Origin: Octopus vulgaris
Taxonomy: Eukaryota
Direction: 5' to 3'
DNA: 64,000 bases
Assembly: GCA_951406725.2 (NCBI GenBank)
Contig: OX597831.1
Coordinates: 63,240,001-63,304,000 of the forward strand
Shown: one piece after another, positions 12,209-27,371 of the stretch
Layout: every line of letters starts with the position of its first letter
Position numbering within the stretch: position 1 is the stretch's first letter
Notes under the pieces: model-generated
Database searches by the model: none
What the model was told of the DNA's origin: nothing
Seen by the model: the letters and a program-made list of their open reading frames with translations, nothing else
Translations under genes and position numbers: made by a program

Positions 12209-13684
12209 CTGTGTGTGCGTGTATGCGTGTGTATGTATGTAAAGTATGTCTGTGTGTGCGGTCACGTGTGTTCAAATAACCTAGTTTGGCAGCTACAGGA
12301 GGAAGAGGAGACTTAGTGTATATTATGTGTATCATTTATTTTGTCGAAACCGAATTTCTTTTTTCGCCATTCGATTTTCAGTCAAGAACTGCTTCTCTTT
12401 CGTTATTCGGGCTCGCTTTTTTTCCCATTACATTTGAGGGAAGGATCTGTGATTATTGCTCTGGTTGGTTAGTTTCCTATTGTTGTCTTGTTCAGTTTCT
12501 TATTTTTCCTTTTCTTTGAGGGGGGGGGGACTTTTCGATGGCTGCCTCGTTGTTTCATATTTTAATTTGATGTTTGTAATATATCACCATTGGTCCTCTT
12601 CCCTGTAGTTTATCATGGCGTTGCCTTGTTGTTTTGAGCGTTTCTCCCATTATGCTTCAGTCTTCAATCTATTTCTGATGTTCTATTTTCCATGTCGAGA
12701 TGTACGGGATAAGAAACAACTGAATCATTTCGAGAAAAGTAATGGATAAGAAATGACTCCAACACTTAACTGTAACCATACAAAGAGGAAAAGAATCAAG
12801 ACAATAAAATACCACAAAGCGAAACAACAGCAAAGGCCAGCAATCACAAGAAAAAAAAACAAATAAGAAATTCACAGACAAAAAACCAGTAAGTAGAAGC
12901 CTTCGTGATTTCAACATCGGAACAGTTAAAGACTCAATTTACTATTTATACCGTTAGTAAATTTCATTGGTGCTCCTCAGATTCTCCTCCTTTACTACCG
13001 CAATCCAACAGTATTATTAACAAATACAAAGTGAAAAGGAAACGTAAATTAAATGACTTTTGTAATTTTCTAAAATCCCGAAGATAGAAATGTACTTCAT
13101 GTTCAGAACTAAACCTCTTTGTTGTAAATTGAACAACGTATCTATATTTAGTAATACTTTTGTTTGGTTTTGTTTTTTCTGTTATCTTCAGCTCCCACGC
13201 AGAGACGCATTCTCCACATCTCAAATAGCACTCTGTTATGTTGCCTTAAACACAAAACGAATAGGTATTTTTACATTCCAAAATAGAATGACGAAAACAA
13301 ACGTAAATTACAGAGTGAATATAATACTATCAACAATAACACCAACAACGTTAATAAGAGAAATAACATGTCAGAAATAATATGATAACGAAAAAAAAAA
13401 CACAAACGCCTTTTGTGAATTTTTATTTAAGTTTCGTATATAATTGTTTTTGCTTCTTTTTTCCTATTGCAGATAACTAACGATGGCTATAGAGGCGTAT
13501 CCCTGTGTGAAGTCAGAGTAATTTGCCTTCGTTTATAAGCTAACACTTTGATAAACCGAAAACAAGAAAGTAAAGTATAAAGACGTTTATCTTGACACGA
13601 CTAGCTGTCACAATTTCGCTTGCAATATAGATGTTAAAATGAGATACACACACACACACATATATGTATGTATATATATATATG

Positions 13685-13832
<148 letters not shown>

Positions 13833-14260
13833 CATACATATATATACATATATATGTGTGTGTGTGTGCCAACGCGTGCTCGCGCGTGTGTGTTTGTAAA
13901 AGAAAAAGTCGTAGCTTGTGGTAATTGAGAATTAGTTGATGTCGAAATCAACATTATTTCGATTTCAGTATAAAGATGTAAGTTAAAATAAAATCATTTC
14001 TACAATAATGAAGATTTGCTAGAATTTCGTGTGATTTAGAAAGTTTCAATGCAACTAGATTCGTCATAACGTTTTACAGGTTGATACTGTTAATGTGTTT
14101 AACTATATTATCCATTTCCCGCCAGCTATTCTGAGAATCAGAAATATCGACTGCACCAGTTTCTTACAACGATTATAATATACCAATTCACCATTACGCT
14201 TGTTCGAAGATATTAGTATTACAAAGAAATGGTTGGCTGTGTTATATATTGGTATACATA

Positions 14261-14487
14261 GGCGGCGAGCTGGCAGAAACGTTAGTGCGCAGGGCGAAAT
14301 GCTTATCGGTATTTCGTCTGTCGTTACGTTCTGAGTTCAAATTCCGCCGAAGTCGACTTTGCCATTCATTCTTTCGAGGTCAATAAATTAAGTACCAGTT
14401 TCCCACTGGGGTCGATGTAATCGACTTAATCCGTTTGTCTGTCCTTGTTTGTCCCCTCTCTGTCTAGCCCCTTGTAGTAAAGAAATA
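14261..14487 (+). mobile_element. SINE family 2 (tRNA head plus Meta-like domain), monomer
   Basis: ggcggcgagctggcagaaacgttagc...gagttcaaattcc...gactttgcctttcatcc...aagtaccag; ends aagaaata. Confidence 0.9.
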
Positions 14488-15769
14488 TATATATTTGTTG
14501 TGCATTCATGTAGATTTCAAAATATTAAGTGATTGACATAATATGAGACACAATTTAATATCGCCATCAATCCCTTGGGTGCTTCTTGTGGATTCATTTC
14601 AATCTGATCTTTAGTCCGATCATAATTCCTCCTACAAGCCTCGAATGGAGCGAAAAGATTCAAGAACGCTGCTCTTCTTATGCTAAGTCCTTGAAAGACA
14701 CAATAATGACGTGAATTAACTTCAACCACGAATGAAAATAAGCTGCAAGATTCAGTTAACCATCTTAAAATCGTTAAAAGAATGAAATGAATTTAATAGC
14801 TTGGATAAGAGAAGACATCTAATATTTCGAACTGAACTCTTCATCAGAGAGCAAATGATACAAAACTTGTCAACATTTTACCTCTCACCAACCAAAGACT
14901 CATTCTGAAAAGTTCAATTTCTCTTCTTCCTCTTGGTATAATATTTTTTCCACACTTCAAACCATTTATTATACCATGCTGGGTGTAGCATCTTATGGCT
15001 ACATTTAGCAGCATTTCCGTGTTAGAAAAAGTTTAGTCTCCTAGTTACTTAGTTCCTATATCGAAGGTGATGAATTGATCTTCAAGCATGTAGTTGATTG
15101 CGAGTACACGTCTAACCTGGGAGGTTTGGTGTTCTTGTTGGCCGCTACCGGAGCTTGAATTAATTGCGTCTTACTTTGGCAAATAATGCAAATATTTCAA
15201 ACAGGAGTAAAAATGCAATGCTCTGCATTTCGGACTGAAATCTTCGTCCATTAGTGAGTACTAAAGTTCGTTAATGGGGGTAAATAAAAGCAAAATGGTT
15301 AGGGGATATGCTTTGCACCATGTAGAAACTGCAGCAACAACTCATAGGTTTTTGCAAGCTCTTCTGAAACCATAGCAAAGTCAGATAGAAACCCTTCCGT
15401 AGTATCTCATGGCTACAAACCTTTCCCCCTTAGCTTGTATTCTTCTCCAAAATAGGTCAGTGAGGATTAAATCGTTTCTTGCCTGCGAAAGTGTTCCAAC
15501 TGCGTTCTGTCAACCACAGACACTTTCATAATGTAGCTTCAATACTTATTTTCTGGGCAGCTCTTCACTTGTCTTGGTTCATGCCAATTTTCTATATGAA
15601 ATGGCGCATCGACTTAAAATAGGTGATAAATGCACTACTTCAGCAAAAAAGCTTCGAGGCTTGGAAATAATTATTGTGACTTATTTTCATATTTCCTTTC
15701 TATTTCTTCATAATTTGTTTGCACTAATAAATTTTCGAAATTCTGGCAACATTTCCAGAACGCTTGATT

Positions 15770-16225
15770 ATTCTTTTCTACTCTAGGCACAAGGCCTGAA
15801 ATTCTAGGGGAGGGGGTCAGTCGATTAGATCGACAACAGTACGGAACTGGTACTTAATTTAAGGTGACGAACTGGCAGAAGCGTTAGCACACCGAGCGAA
15901 ATGCGTAGCTGTATTTCGTCTGCTGTTACGTTCTGAGTTCAAATTCCGCTCAGGTCGACTTTGCGTTTCATCCTCTTGGAGTCGATAAAATAAGTATCAG
16001 TTACGCACTGGGGTCGATGTAATCGACTTAATCCGTTTGTCTGTCCTTGTTTGTCCCCTCTGTGTTTAGCCCCTTGTGGGTAATAAAGAAATAGGTACTT
16101 AATAGGTACAGAAAGGATGAAAGGCAAAGTCGACCTCGGCAGGATTGAACTCAGAACATAAAAAGATACGAAATACCGCTAAGCATTTCGTCCGGCGTAC
16201 TAACGTTTCTGCCAGCTCACCGCCT
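15770..16225 (-). mobile_element. SINE family 2 (-) with nested + copy at 15863-16093
   Basis: TSD-like ggtacttaat at 15849-15858 and 16094-16103. Confidence 0.85.
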
Positions 16226-16886
16226 TAGAGCCCTTGATTATTATGTATTAGATGAAATAAGGACTTGCTATTGATGTTTAATTTATTACATTCATCAGCC
16301 ATTGTAATTATACTTATTGACATCTTATTCCTGTTCAGTGACCTTCGAAACATTGAAAGTTGACATCAGGCTTTTTTCATTGGCCAAGAAGTATTTTGTC
16401 TCTCTTGTCTTCTGAGTCGAATATGTCTATCTTCCTTTAACTGCTGTCTTATATCAATAGTTATTACAGTTTCACTGAGGTTGTCAAAAATCATTATTGC
16501 TGATTTTAGTGCTAAAATACTATGCTTTACGATTCTCTGAATGACAGAAAATTGTTCCCAAAAAAATGTTTCCATTTCTATCTAATATACGACACAACAG
16601 ATTTTATATATATATATATATATATATCATTAGCGAAAGCTGAAGAGTTATCTCCCTTAACCAAAACAATAACAATAATAACGATAACCAATTACCTCCC
16701 ATTTATTTATCTACTTGTGAAGCCATTCACTCGTGAATTTCATCACACAAAACATGGACAAAATTTCTTCTTAAGAAAAAATACATATTCAAATAAGTAA
16801 AACATAATATCATTAATAGCAAAAGCGAAACCAGTCGATACATTAAAAATTAGATGTAAGTGTGCGTACTTTCCTTTTTTTTAATT

Positions 16887-17023
<137 letters not shown>

Positions 17024-17032
17024 TATACATAT

Positions 17033-17099
<67 letters not shown>

Positions 17100-17872
17100 T
17101 ATATACATATATATAGGCCAGTTACCACACCATTCGCTTTGTAATAAAGTTATTTCAGTTTTTCGAACTTCGTAAATAACGTGTGTTCGCAGCCAGCCAT
17201 TTGCTTGAAACGAGGATTCGTCGCAACTAAAACTTTTTACGTTGTTGCTAAATAATTCTGTTTATAGCCATGTCTATATCATACTTATTGTATACATATA
17301 CATGATCGTACGCCAGTTACTACGGTGTTCGTCTTGAGATAGCATCGCTTCTGGATGTTATAAAAGGTGATAAAAGCATCTGGCCTTCGTGGTGGCCATG
17401 CAGGGCCGAGTTTTTCACCCTTTGATATTTATTGCATTTTTAACACAGCACGCATATAAGGGAAGTTATCTCAGGAGCTGACCTATCAAGTTGGATACAC
17501 ATTGAGCTGGCTATTTTAATCTAATACTATTTCAATTGAATATACCAAATTTATATTTAGCTGGGTGAGCTATTTGACAACATCAGCATTTTATTGAATG
17601 TTTCCTATATGGAAGATTAAGAATTCATCTTCGAACATGTGGTAGATTGCGAGTACATGTCTAACCCTCAGGGCTGACATGCATCTGGTGTTCTTGTTGG
17701 CCGCCACCGGAGCTAGAATTCGTCTCGCGCTATTAATAGAGTGCCTAACACCGTATGTCCATAAGGTATGTTATTCCAGGATAAATACGCAATAACTGAT
17801 TTATGTACGAATATAATATGCAGACGCCTATATATAAGTATATACGTATATGCATATGTATGTGTATATATA

Positions 17873-18300
17873 CGCTGGGGATTTACCCCTCTTTGTCAGT
17901 CATTAAGACAGTGCTTTTGTAGCTTTTGAGTTGTTTTAGCAAAAGCGGTGCTAGTGAGTACCATTTGTCGCATTTGTGACCTCTATTAATTTTGCTTTAT
18001 GTTCTAATTGTTAATAAGCCACCCTATCTAATTTGTTGTGTATATTTTTACCGTTTTGAAAACCACCACAAGTTTTCCACCGTTCTTCTTATAAGACTGA
18101 CTGGGATAGTTGAGTTTAACCCTGGGTGTTAAGAATCGCTGACGAGTATTAAGATTGCCTACATCAAAATCCGAAATCACGATCCAATTTAAACGCTGGG
18201 CACTTACCTCCCTTTATCAGTCACAAAGAGAGTGCTTTTTGTGGCTTTTGAGTTGTTTTAGCAAAATAAGTGCTAAATTATAATTGTGACCTCGATTAAT
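17873..18300 (+). mobile_element. Diverged tandem pLTR-like repeat (period ~320 bp) with degenerate HHR at 18133-18190
   Basis: cgctggg...gcttttgagttgttttagcaaaa repeated at ~17873 and ~18194; gaatcg CTGACGA gtatt...aatcc GAAA tcacg ATC caattt lies between them. Confidence 0.6.
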
Positions 18301-18590
18301 CTAACCCACCAGAAGGAGTAGTTAAAATCCAAATCACTATTAGGGGTAATTTCGAAAGGGAATGAAAAATAAAAACATTTACCATCTATTTCCTGTACCA
18401 TGGATTCAAGTTATCTTCAGCATATAAAATAATTTGTTAGGCTCAGCTATCATCAGCAGGAAGCCAAGATTAATATAAATACGAGGCAATACAGAACGTG
18501 CCTCGTGCTTATATGTTATAATTTTATTGCTTATTATGGCCATCTCTTATGTGTTTAAATGCACACTGCATTTATATACCTGCATCTATG

Positions 18591-18651
<61 letters not shown>

Positions 18652-18684
18652 GTATATATATATGCATATGTATATATATATATA

Positions 18685-18751
<67 letters not shown>

Positions 18752-18812
18752 GCATATATATATACAGCTATGTATATAAAGACAGATACACACGCGTACA
18801 CACACATGTATA

Positions 18813-18846
<34 letters not shown>

Positions 18847-18913
18847 CGCATATATATATACAGCTATGTATATAAAGACAGATACACACGCGTACACACA
18901 CATGTATATATAT

Positions 18914-18960
<47 letters not shown>

Positions 18961-18974
18961 TACTGGCATCAGCC

Positions 18975-19122
18975 TCATTCGGCCAGACGTGTGGCTACGA
19001 TCTCGCTTTAGTTGCCAGTTCTTCTCTTAATCACAGCACGTCTCCAGAGGTTTCAGTCTCCTGTCATCGCTTCTGAGAGGCCCAATTTTTGAATGTCATG
19101 CTTCACCACTTTTTCCCATGTC
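18975..19122 (-). pseudogene. RTE-clade LINE 3' end fragment
   Basis: Translates TWEKVVKHDIQKLGLSEAMTGD*NLWRRAV. Confidence 0.7.
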
Positions 19123-19979
19123 TGAAAGCTAGGAAAGTGAACACTAAAGACTTTTTAAAAATGGGTTTGACAATATATATATATAGCAGAGTTCACAACA
19201 AATCGAGAGACGAAGACAGGTGATGTAGACAACAAACAGATGTATTAGTATAACGCTCAGGAATTGAAAAAGTCTTTAACATTTCGACACTACGCTCTTC
19301 CAGAGAAAGGAACACAGAAAGAAAAAGGAGTGAATGTGTAGTGGCTAGCAATCTATTATGGCGTATGCCGGACAGAGGGGTCATACAGAAGAGCTAGGAA
19401 AAAGAGGAGATAATAAAGTAGTGGTGATCCCAACACGAAGGTGCGCGTGCGTGTGTAAAAGAGAGTACGTATGTCCGTGTGGAAGAGGGCTGGTGACCTT
19501 GACGTGTGCATGTGTGTATGTGTAGGTGTGTGGATGTGGGGTTGGGAAGTGGTTAGTGCTAGTGTGTGCGTGGTGATGTGATGTAGTGTTGTGTGGTATG
19601 GTAGTGTATGATGTAGTGATGTGTGGTGTGGTGTGGTGTGATGGTGTTGGGAGGTGGGGGAGGCGAGAGTGGGGAAGCAAGGGTGGGGTGTGTGTTAGGC
19701 TGAGGGTGGGGTAGATGTGGGGTATGTGGAAGTGGGTGTAAGGGACGGGGTTGGTGGAATGGAATGGATAGGGAATGCGCGGTTGGATTGTATAGGAGTG
19801 GGTAGGTTTACGAGGGAAGGGTGACGATGAAGCGGGGAAAGGGAGAAGGTGGGTAGGAGTGAAGAGTAGAAGTAGGAGTCGGAGCAAGTGAGGAGAGGTG
19901 GGTGGGAGAAAGTAGGTGTAAGGGGTAGAGAGGAGACGGGAGGAGGTTAGATGAAAAGGGGAGGAGAGTTGAGCCCATA

Positions 19980-20240
19980 GCACCTTGGGCATGTGTCCTC
20001 AACTTTAGTCTTGGACCAACCAAAAACTTTGTGAGTGGATTTGGTAGATGGAAACTGAAAGAAGCCTATCCTATATATGTATGTGTACGTATGTGTGTCT
20101 GTGTTGTCCCCCCACCATCGCTTGACAACCGATAAATAAGTTCTAAGTTAACAAAGAATAAATCCTGGGGGCGATTTTTTCTACTAAAGGTGATGCTCCA
20201 TCATGGCCGTAGTCAAGTGACTGAAACAAATGAAAGAATA
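19980..20240 (+). mobile_element. SINE family 1, truncated
   Basis: gcaccttgggc...ggatttggtagatggaaactg...gactgaaac. Confidence 0.85.
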
Positions 20241-21250
20241 CACAAACTATACGACCATATACAAACAATCAAATCACAAGATAAATTCCATTATGACATC
20301 GTATATTGCACAACACAGAATACAATTAGATGGACAAAAATAATAGTTGACAGCATAACAGTGTCATACACATTTCTTCCAAAAATATATATAAGAATGA
20401 TGATGGAACCTCTATAAGCAAAACAAAGAACTTGAAGCAAAAGCATTACAGACATAGCGTAACTTGACAAATTAGTACAAGACACTATGACCAAATTAGT
20501 TCCTAATTTGTTAAAGAAAGAAAATGTAAAGAGTCAAATTATTTTAGGTCAAGTGATAAAGAATGAAACACAAACACTGTGTTATTTCCATGGGTGTCTC
20601 ATTTACAATAAAACAATCAAAACCCACGCGAATCTTTTCATTCCGTAGATAAAAATTTGTGTGTGTGTGTCTATGTGTGTATAAATAGTAAATAATATGC
20701 AGAACGGGACAAGTAAGCACAGAGAAAGGACTCTTCATCAGTTGTCGGCTGTCTATCTACTCCTAATTTCGAGCATTCAACGACAATATGAGTCTTTAAA
20801 GACAGATGTTCCAATAAATTCTAAATAAAATTTAGGATTTATGGAAGGTCTAAGTTGGGAACAAAAATATGACGGTGGAGACATACAAGGAAACCGAACG
20901 AAAGCGAACATGGAGGGTCGTTATACCAGAATGAGAGGAAAATAGTGAATGCAGTTAGAATAATTTTTTGAAATGAGAAAAGAGAGAAGATAGAGAAACA
21001 GACACGTCCGTTCTGTAGAACATCCATGCAGGAACGAAAGATGCTCACGTGAGGAAAAGAAAGATGGCCGATGGTCACGTGGGATTAATGAGGGAGAGAG
21101 AAAAAGAGAAAAAGGAAGAGAGAGACAGATAGAAAACGGTGACGGAGGGAGATTGAAAAAAGGAATTAGAGAAGGATGGAGGAAGAAAACAGTATAGAGA
21201 AGAGAGTCGCATGAAAAAGGTGAAGATGAACTTACATGGAAATGGATGCG

Positions 21251-21443
21251 TGGTGTTCAATTAAATAACAAATAATACATTAAAAAATACATATATATAT
21301 ATAGGTACATAACGTCACCAACGTTTCAAACAACATATATATACATATATGTATATATATGTTGTTTGAAACGTTGGTGACGTTATGTACCTATATATAT
21401 ATATTTTTTTTTAATGTATTATTTATTATTTAATTGAACACCA
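21251..21443. repeat. ~190-bp near-perfect palindrome
   Basis: tggtgttcaattaaat...aacgtcaccaacgtttcaaacaac / gttgtttgaaacgttggtgacgtt...atttaattgaacacca, centred near 21347. Confidence 0.9.
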
Positions 21444-21788
21444 ATATATATATATATATATATTGGTAAACACGGTAACATAACAGAAGAAAGAAAGAGA
21501 CCTCAAATTATGATGATGATGATTGTGAAATTAGCGTTTATGTGGTTGAGGATTCCACAGACATCCGTATCCACAAGGTAGTCCTCAGGGAGATTCAGCG
21601 CGACACATTAGAACGTCCGTGTAGGAAAGAAAGATGGTCACGTGAGGGAAAGAAAGATGGTCGATGGTCACGTGTGAGTAATGAGAGAGAGAGAGAAAGC
21701 GAAAAAGAGGGAGAGAGAGACAGATAGAATATTGGCTATAATTGGCTATTGAATAATTGTCACATATTATTTTACAGATATATATATA

Positions 21789-21903
<115 letters not shown>

Positions 21904-21919
21904 TATATATATATACATT

Positions 21920-22093
21920 CAACAATATAAGGAATGTAATAGGCCATTCGACTCACTAGAAAGAGCAGCCAAACTCAAACCGCTAAATGTTTTTATTTCT
22001 CTTTGAATTTCAGAATTACAACTATTTAGCGGTTTGAGTTTGGCTGCTCTTTCTAGTGAGTATCGCCTATTAGGGCCATTCCTTATATTGTTG
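21920..22093. repeat. Fold-back element in (TA)n
   Basis: actcactagaaagagcagccaaactcaaaccgctaaat / atttagcggtttgagtttggctgctctttctagtgagt, plus outer arms caacaatataaggaat / attccttatattgttg. Confidence 0.9.
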
Positions 22094-22170
<77 letters not shown>

Positions 22171-22221
22171 GTAAACAAAAGAGTTAAATATGTAAACAAC
22201 GAGAAAAATATGGCGAACATA

Positions 22222-22273
<52 letters not shown>

Positions 22274-22274
22274 G

Positions 22275-22533
22275 TGAAATAATAGCGTTTATGTGGTTGA
22301 GCAATCTAACACGTGATCCCTGTAACACCAGTAGCCTCAGAGAGATTCAGCATGACACAGTATGACAAGGCTGGCCCTTTCAAATACAGGTTCTACTCAT
22401 TTTTACCAGCTGAGTGACTTTAGTAACGTGAAATAAAGTGTCTTTACTTAAGGACACAACCCGTAGCCGGGAATTGAACTCATCACGTTACGATCGTTAG
22501 CCGAAAACCCTCACCACTAAGCCACGTGTCTTC
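22275..22533 (-). mobile_element. tRNA-derived CORE-like SINE (third family)
   Basis: Reverse strand tgaagacacgTGGCTTAGTGG...GAGTTCAATTCC then tgtgtccttaagtaaagacact; related pieces at 21530-21610 and 62070-62290. Confidence 0.75.
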
Positions 22534-22858
22534 AGCTATATATATATTTGCCTCGACTTCGTATGTGTGTGTGTGTTTGTGTGTGTGTGCATGAAGTCTA
22601 TTCACTGATTATCAAAATGTTGAGAAAATTGATCAAACATTTTCTACAGGTGCAAACCACATATTATTACGAACTAATAGAAAATCTATTAGTAGCGCTT
22701 ATATGCAGGTATGGTGCCCCTGAAATAAATCTTTATTTCTGACTAGATTGAACTCTTTCTTGTCACGTTCTTGGTAGATTGACAGTATACAACCATTCTA
22801 TCGCCCCACCACCGTACATGTCTCTACGAGAGATTTAGAAATTCGATATTTCTTATAT

Positions 22859-22942
<84 letters not shown>

Positions 22943-22943
22943 G

Positions 22944-22974
<31 letters not shown>

Positions 22975-22987
22975 GTATACAAATATA

Positions 22988-23053
<66 letters not shown>

Positions 23054-23658
23054 GCGTGCGTGTATATATGTATGCATGTGTACATATATGTACGTTTCTG
23101 TGTATTTGCATGTTTGCATGTATGTTTATTTTTATATGTCTCTTTGGAACTTAATGTTTTCCCAGCGTAGAACCAAGTGTTAAAGCTCTGTTTTGCGTAA
23201 GTCTATATAGCTCTTAAGGGTTTCAAGTCTCTGAATTGCTTATTTTATGCATGTACATGTATGTGTGAGTGCGCGTCGAGGAATTTACACTCACGTAGGT
23301 GTGCATATCACGTTAGTATACCAATGCGTGTCTCTCCGTGTGTGTGTGTGAGTCATTAGTGTTTCTGTGTGTACGTGTATTTGTATTTGTACTCCATATG
23401 TGTATAAGATTGTGTGCATATCTTCGTTTCGTAGCATCATATAGAGAATCCCTGTCGTCACGTAACTTGATGTATGTATCATAACAGAAAATTTACATCT
23501 ATAGCTTCGATGTAAGAGCTGTTCCATTTTTGTTCTCCACACATGTTATTTTCTCCAATTTTTGACAAAACATTCTCACATACCGTTAGGAGATCTCCAC
23601 AGCAGAGCATGACCTTTTTCTATCCCATACATACAGTATCTAGCCTGTTTTACATATA

Positions 23659-24048
23659 TATTTCTTTGTTGCCCACAAGGGACTAAACATAAAGGGGACA
23701 AACAAAGACAGCCAAAGGGATTAAGTCGATTACATCGACCCCCAATGCGTAACTGGTACTTTATTTATCGACCCCCGAAAGGATGAAAGGCAAAGTCAAC
23801 CTCGGCGGAATTTGAGCTCAGAACGTAGCGGCAAACGAAATACCTATTTCTTTACTACCCACAACGGCTAAACAGAGAGAGGACAAACAAGGACAGACAA
23901 AGGGATTAAGTCGATTACATCGACCCCCAATGCGTAACTGGTACTTTATTTAATCGACCCCGAAAGGATGAAAGGCAAAGTCGACCTCGGTGGAATTTGA
24001 ACTCGGAACGTTACGGCAGACGAAATACGGCTACGCATTTCGCCCGGC
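23659..24048 (-). mobile_element. SINE family 2 dimer
   Basis: Two tandem body and tail units. Confidence 0.9.
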
Positions 24049-24749
24049 ACTGCTTTTATTTGAATGTTCCACTAGTATATTTCATTTTTATAGGTTTAGA
24101 TATAGATATAGCGTATAGCATTTTAGACTTAGTGACAATTTCATCTTTCCAGAGAAAATTGTATCTTGCAGAAACTTTTGACAGCTGCAGATGATGTCGG
24201 TAATATTTTCGACACTTTCTATCACAACGTGGAAGTCTTAAGGCATACTTATCTCTCTCGTTCATCAGATATTGTAGTAGATGTTTCCTGTTTTTGAATA
24301 GCTGAATTGTAGACTTTTGGATGTGATGTAATGTGAAACTTTTGAGATGTCAGATAGGTTACTATTTCTGTCAATGTTATTGATAATCTCTAAATTACAG
24401 AATATGTATCCATGCATAGATTTCGGCTGAGAGGACTAGTAATTCGCACCAGGTTTCTGTTTAAGTAGTTACCCTTGGTTCACGTGGAACATCTCTGCAC
24501 TCAGATTCCAGGAGTCATTCACCTAATCTCATGGTTACTTTCGCTGCTGAGTATACACATTATGTACTCATTTCTTTTTTTTACTTTTCTGTAGGTGTTG
24601 GTCTAAGTGATGTGATACTCAAAGCCGTCTCATCACTTTACTTCCATCCTTCCATTTAACATCGATACCGTCACTGCTGTTGTTGATGTGGAATTTATCT
24701 TCATTGTTAGTATCATCATTGTCCTGATGTCCAAGTGGCGGATTTCAAG

Positions 24750-25165
24750 ATGAGCGAGCAGACAGAATCGTTAGCACACCAGGCGAAATTGTCAGCAGTA
24801 TTTCGTCTGCTATGACGTTCTGAGTTCAAATTCCGTCGAGGTCGACTTTGCCTTTCATCCTTTCGGGGTCGATTAAATAAGTACCAGTTACGCACTGGGG
24901 TCGATATAATCGACTTAATCCGTTCGTCTGTCCTTGTTTGTCCTCTCTGTGTTTAGCCCCTTGTGGGTAGTAAAGAAATAGGTATTTAGTCTGCCACTAC
25001 GTTCTGAGTTCAAATTCCACCGAGGTCGATTTTGCCTTTCATCCTTTCGCGGTCGATTAAATAAGTACCAGTTACGCACTGGAGTCGATATAATCGACTT
25101 AATCCGTTTGTCTGTCCTTGTTTGTCCTCTCTGTGTTTGGCCCCTTGTGGGTAGTAAAGAAATAG
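24750..25165 (+). mobile_element. SINE family 2 dimer
   Basis: One head and two bodies joined at agaaata|ggtattt. Confidence 0.9.
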
Positions 25166-26498
25166 GGTTTCTTCAAGTGCCCAGTCTAGTATTTCATATG
25201 TTAGCACTAGCACTGACACTGTGAAAGCATTATTAGCTACGGCTTTATTGAACGCAGACAGCTCTGACTTCCCTACTTCCCGAAGCCTACTGAAGTATTC
25301 TTTTCCCTCGCTAGAATTGCATATGTGAGAGTGTGTGTATATATATAAATGTGTGTGTGTATGTATGTACATATTTAAGTGTGTATGTATGCATGCATGC
25401 GTGTATGTTTCTCTGGAGACAGTTTCCTCAGCGAACGTCTTTTCACGTCCGAATGTACACAAACATGTTAAAGAGAAGCGTATATACATATAAATCAATA
25501 AACGCTGTTATGAGCCTCTAGTTAAGCAACATACATATATATACAGACGTACATGTGTGTGTATGTGTGTGTGTGGTGTGTGTGTGTCTGTGTATTTGTG
25601 TTTTTTTTACGTGATAAAAACATTAATATATATGCATTTATTCGTCCTTACATACTCATATACACGTGCATATCTGTATACATATATCTATATTTACACA
25701 TGTGTTTATGTGGCTGTATGGATGCATATATCCATATCTCTACATATATAAGTTTGTATAAACATAACTATGGTTATACACACTCCTGTGAGAGGGGTGA
25801 GTATAGGAAGATCCAATAACTGATATAACCATTTAATAACAATATTACACTTACATACATACACATACATATGTTTATATGTGTGTGTGTATGTGTCTGT
25901 CTGTATCTATGTGTGTACATATATAAGTATATATATGTATGTATATATATATATATATATACATACATATATATGTATATGAATATATATATATATACGA
26001 GTGTATATATATATATATGTATGTATATAAATATGTATATGTGTGTACACACACTCACACACACACATATTTATATACATATATGTATGTGTGTATGTAT
26101 ATGTGCGTACATATATCTTATTTCCAGAGGAATAGATAAAAAAATAATCAAAGATGCGTATGTTATTTTTAAAAGTAGATGATGGCTGTACTAAGAAGAA
26201 AGTGGTATACACCGTCCATCCCACCATCACTTTCTGTCTCTTTTACTGATCGGAGAAGCTTTAAAAGGATTCCTACGTGACATCCAATTCCCATCGGCGT
26301 AAATTAATATGGTGAGGAATTCATAAACAAGAATAGGCGTCTGTCAAGCTACAACCGATAACAGTAGCTATTTCTTTGGCCATATCGAAAGTCTATACAG
26401 AAGATTTATCAACAACTCTAAAGACTATCATCATCATCATCAACTACTACTACTACTACTACAACAACAACAACAACTACTACTACTACTACTACTAC

Positions 26499-26544
<46 letters not shown>

Positions 26545-26890
26545 AATACTACTACTACTACTATATTAGTAATAGAGAGAGGGAATATTTATGATAAGGT
26601 GCTGTAAATAATACCACGATAGAGTGTCGAATGTTTGTGTAATGTGAAGAGATGTGTAAATGCATCTGTCTGTATGTATGCATGTTTCAGTGTGTTTATG
26701 CATCAAAGTATGTACTCATGCGTGTATAAATGTGCAGTATATTTGGTGTACATGTGTGTATGCGCATTTGTACTACTGTGCGCATATGTGTTGTTGCTGT
26801 TGGTTTTGGATATAAATATATGTGTGAATATGTTCATGCGCATCTATCTATGCGCGTGTATGTGTATATGAATGTGTACGTGACTATATA

Positions 26891-26946
<56 letters not shown>

Positions 26947-27000
26947 TATAGTCACATACACATTCATATACACATACACGCGCATAGATACATGTGCATG

Positions 27001-27059
<59 letters not shown>

Positions 27060-27371
27060 TCAAATGTATACACACGGGCGCTCACACACACACACAGACA
27101 TGTGTGTGTATGTGTGTGCATGCGTTTATGAATGTATGTATGCGTATATATGTAAGTGGTTGTGTGTGTTTCTAATTGCCCAGTCGTATTTCTCGAAACA
27201 GGAAGACATATATCGTATCTTTAAGATATATTATCGAAAATGCTTCATATGAATACTTTCCGATATAACATATTCAGATTATCAGTTCTCTCTTATGATG
27301 TTATCTTTGAAGAAGTTCGTAGACACAACAGGATTGGAAGAAAGAATTTTAGATCCGTTACAGTGCTTAGG

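Noticed and set aside
16640-16667. HHR-like CTGAAGA gtta-tctccct-taac caaaac
   Set aside because: GAAA is lost and there is no stem I or III; at best a dead relic.
19381-19992. 203-aa Pro/His/Thr-rich ORF
   Set aside because: Low-complexity G/T-rich tract attached to a repeat element.
20725-20750. Minus-strand CTGATGA half motif
   Set aside because: No downstream GAAA or stem III before the element is truncated.
24570-24660. Acceptor-like tttctgtag followed by a short open frame
   Set aside because: No convincing donor; the frame stops after ~20 codons.
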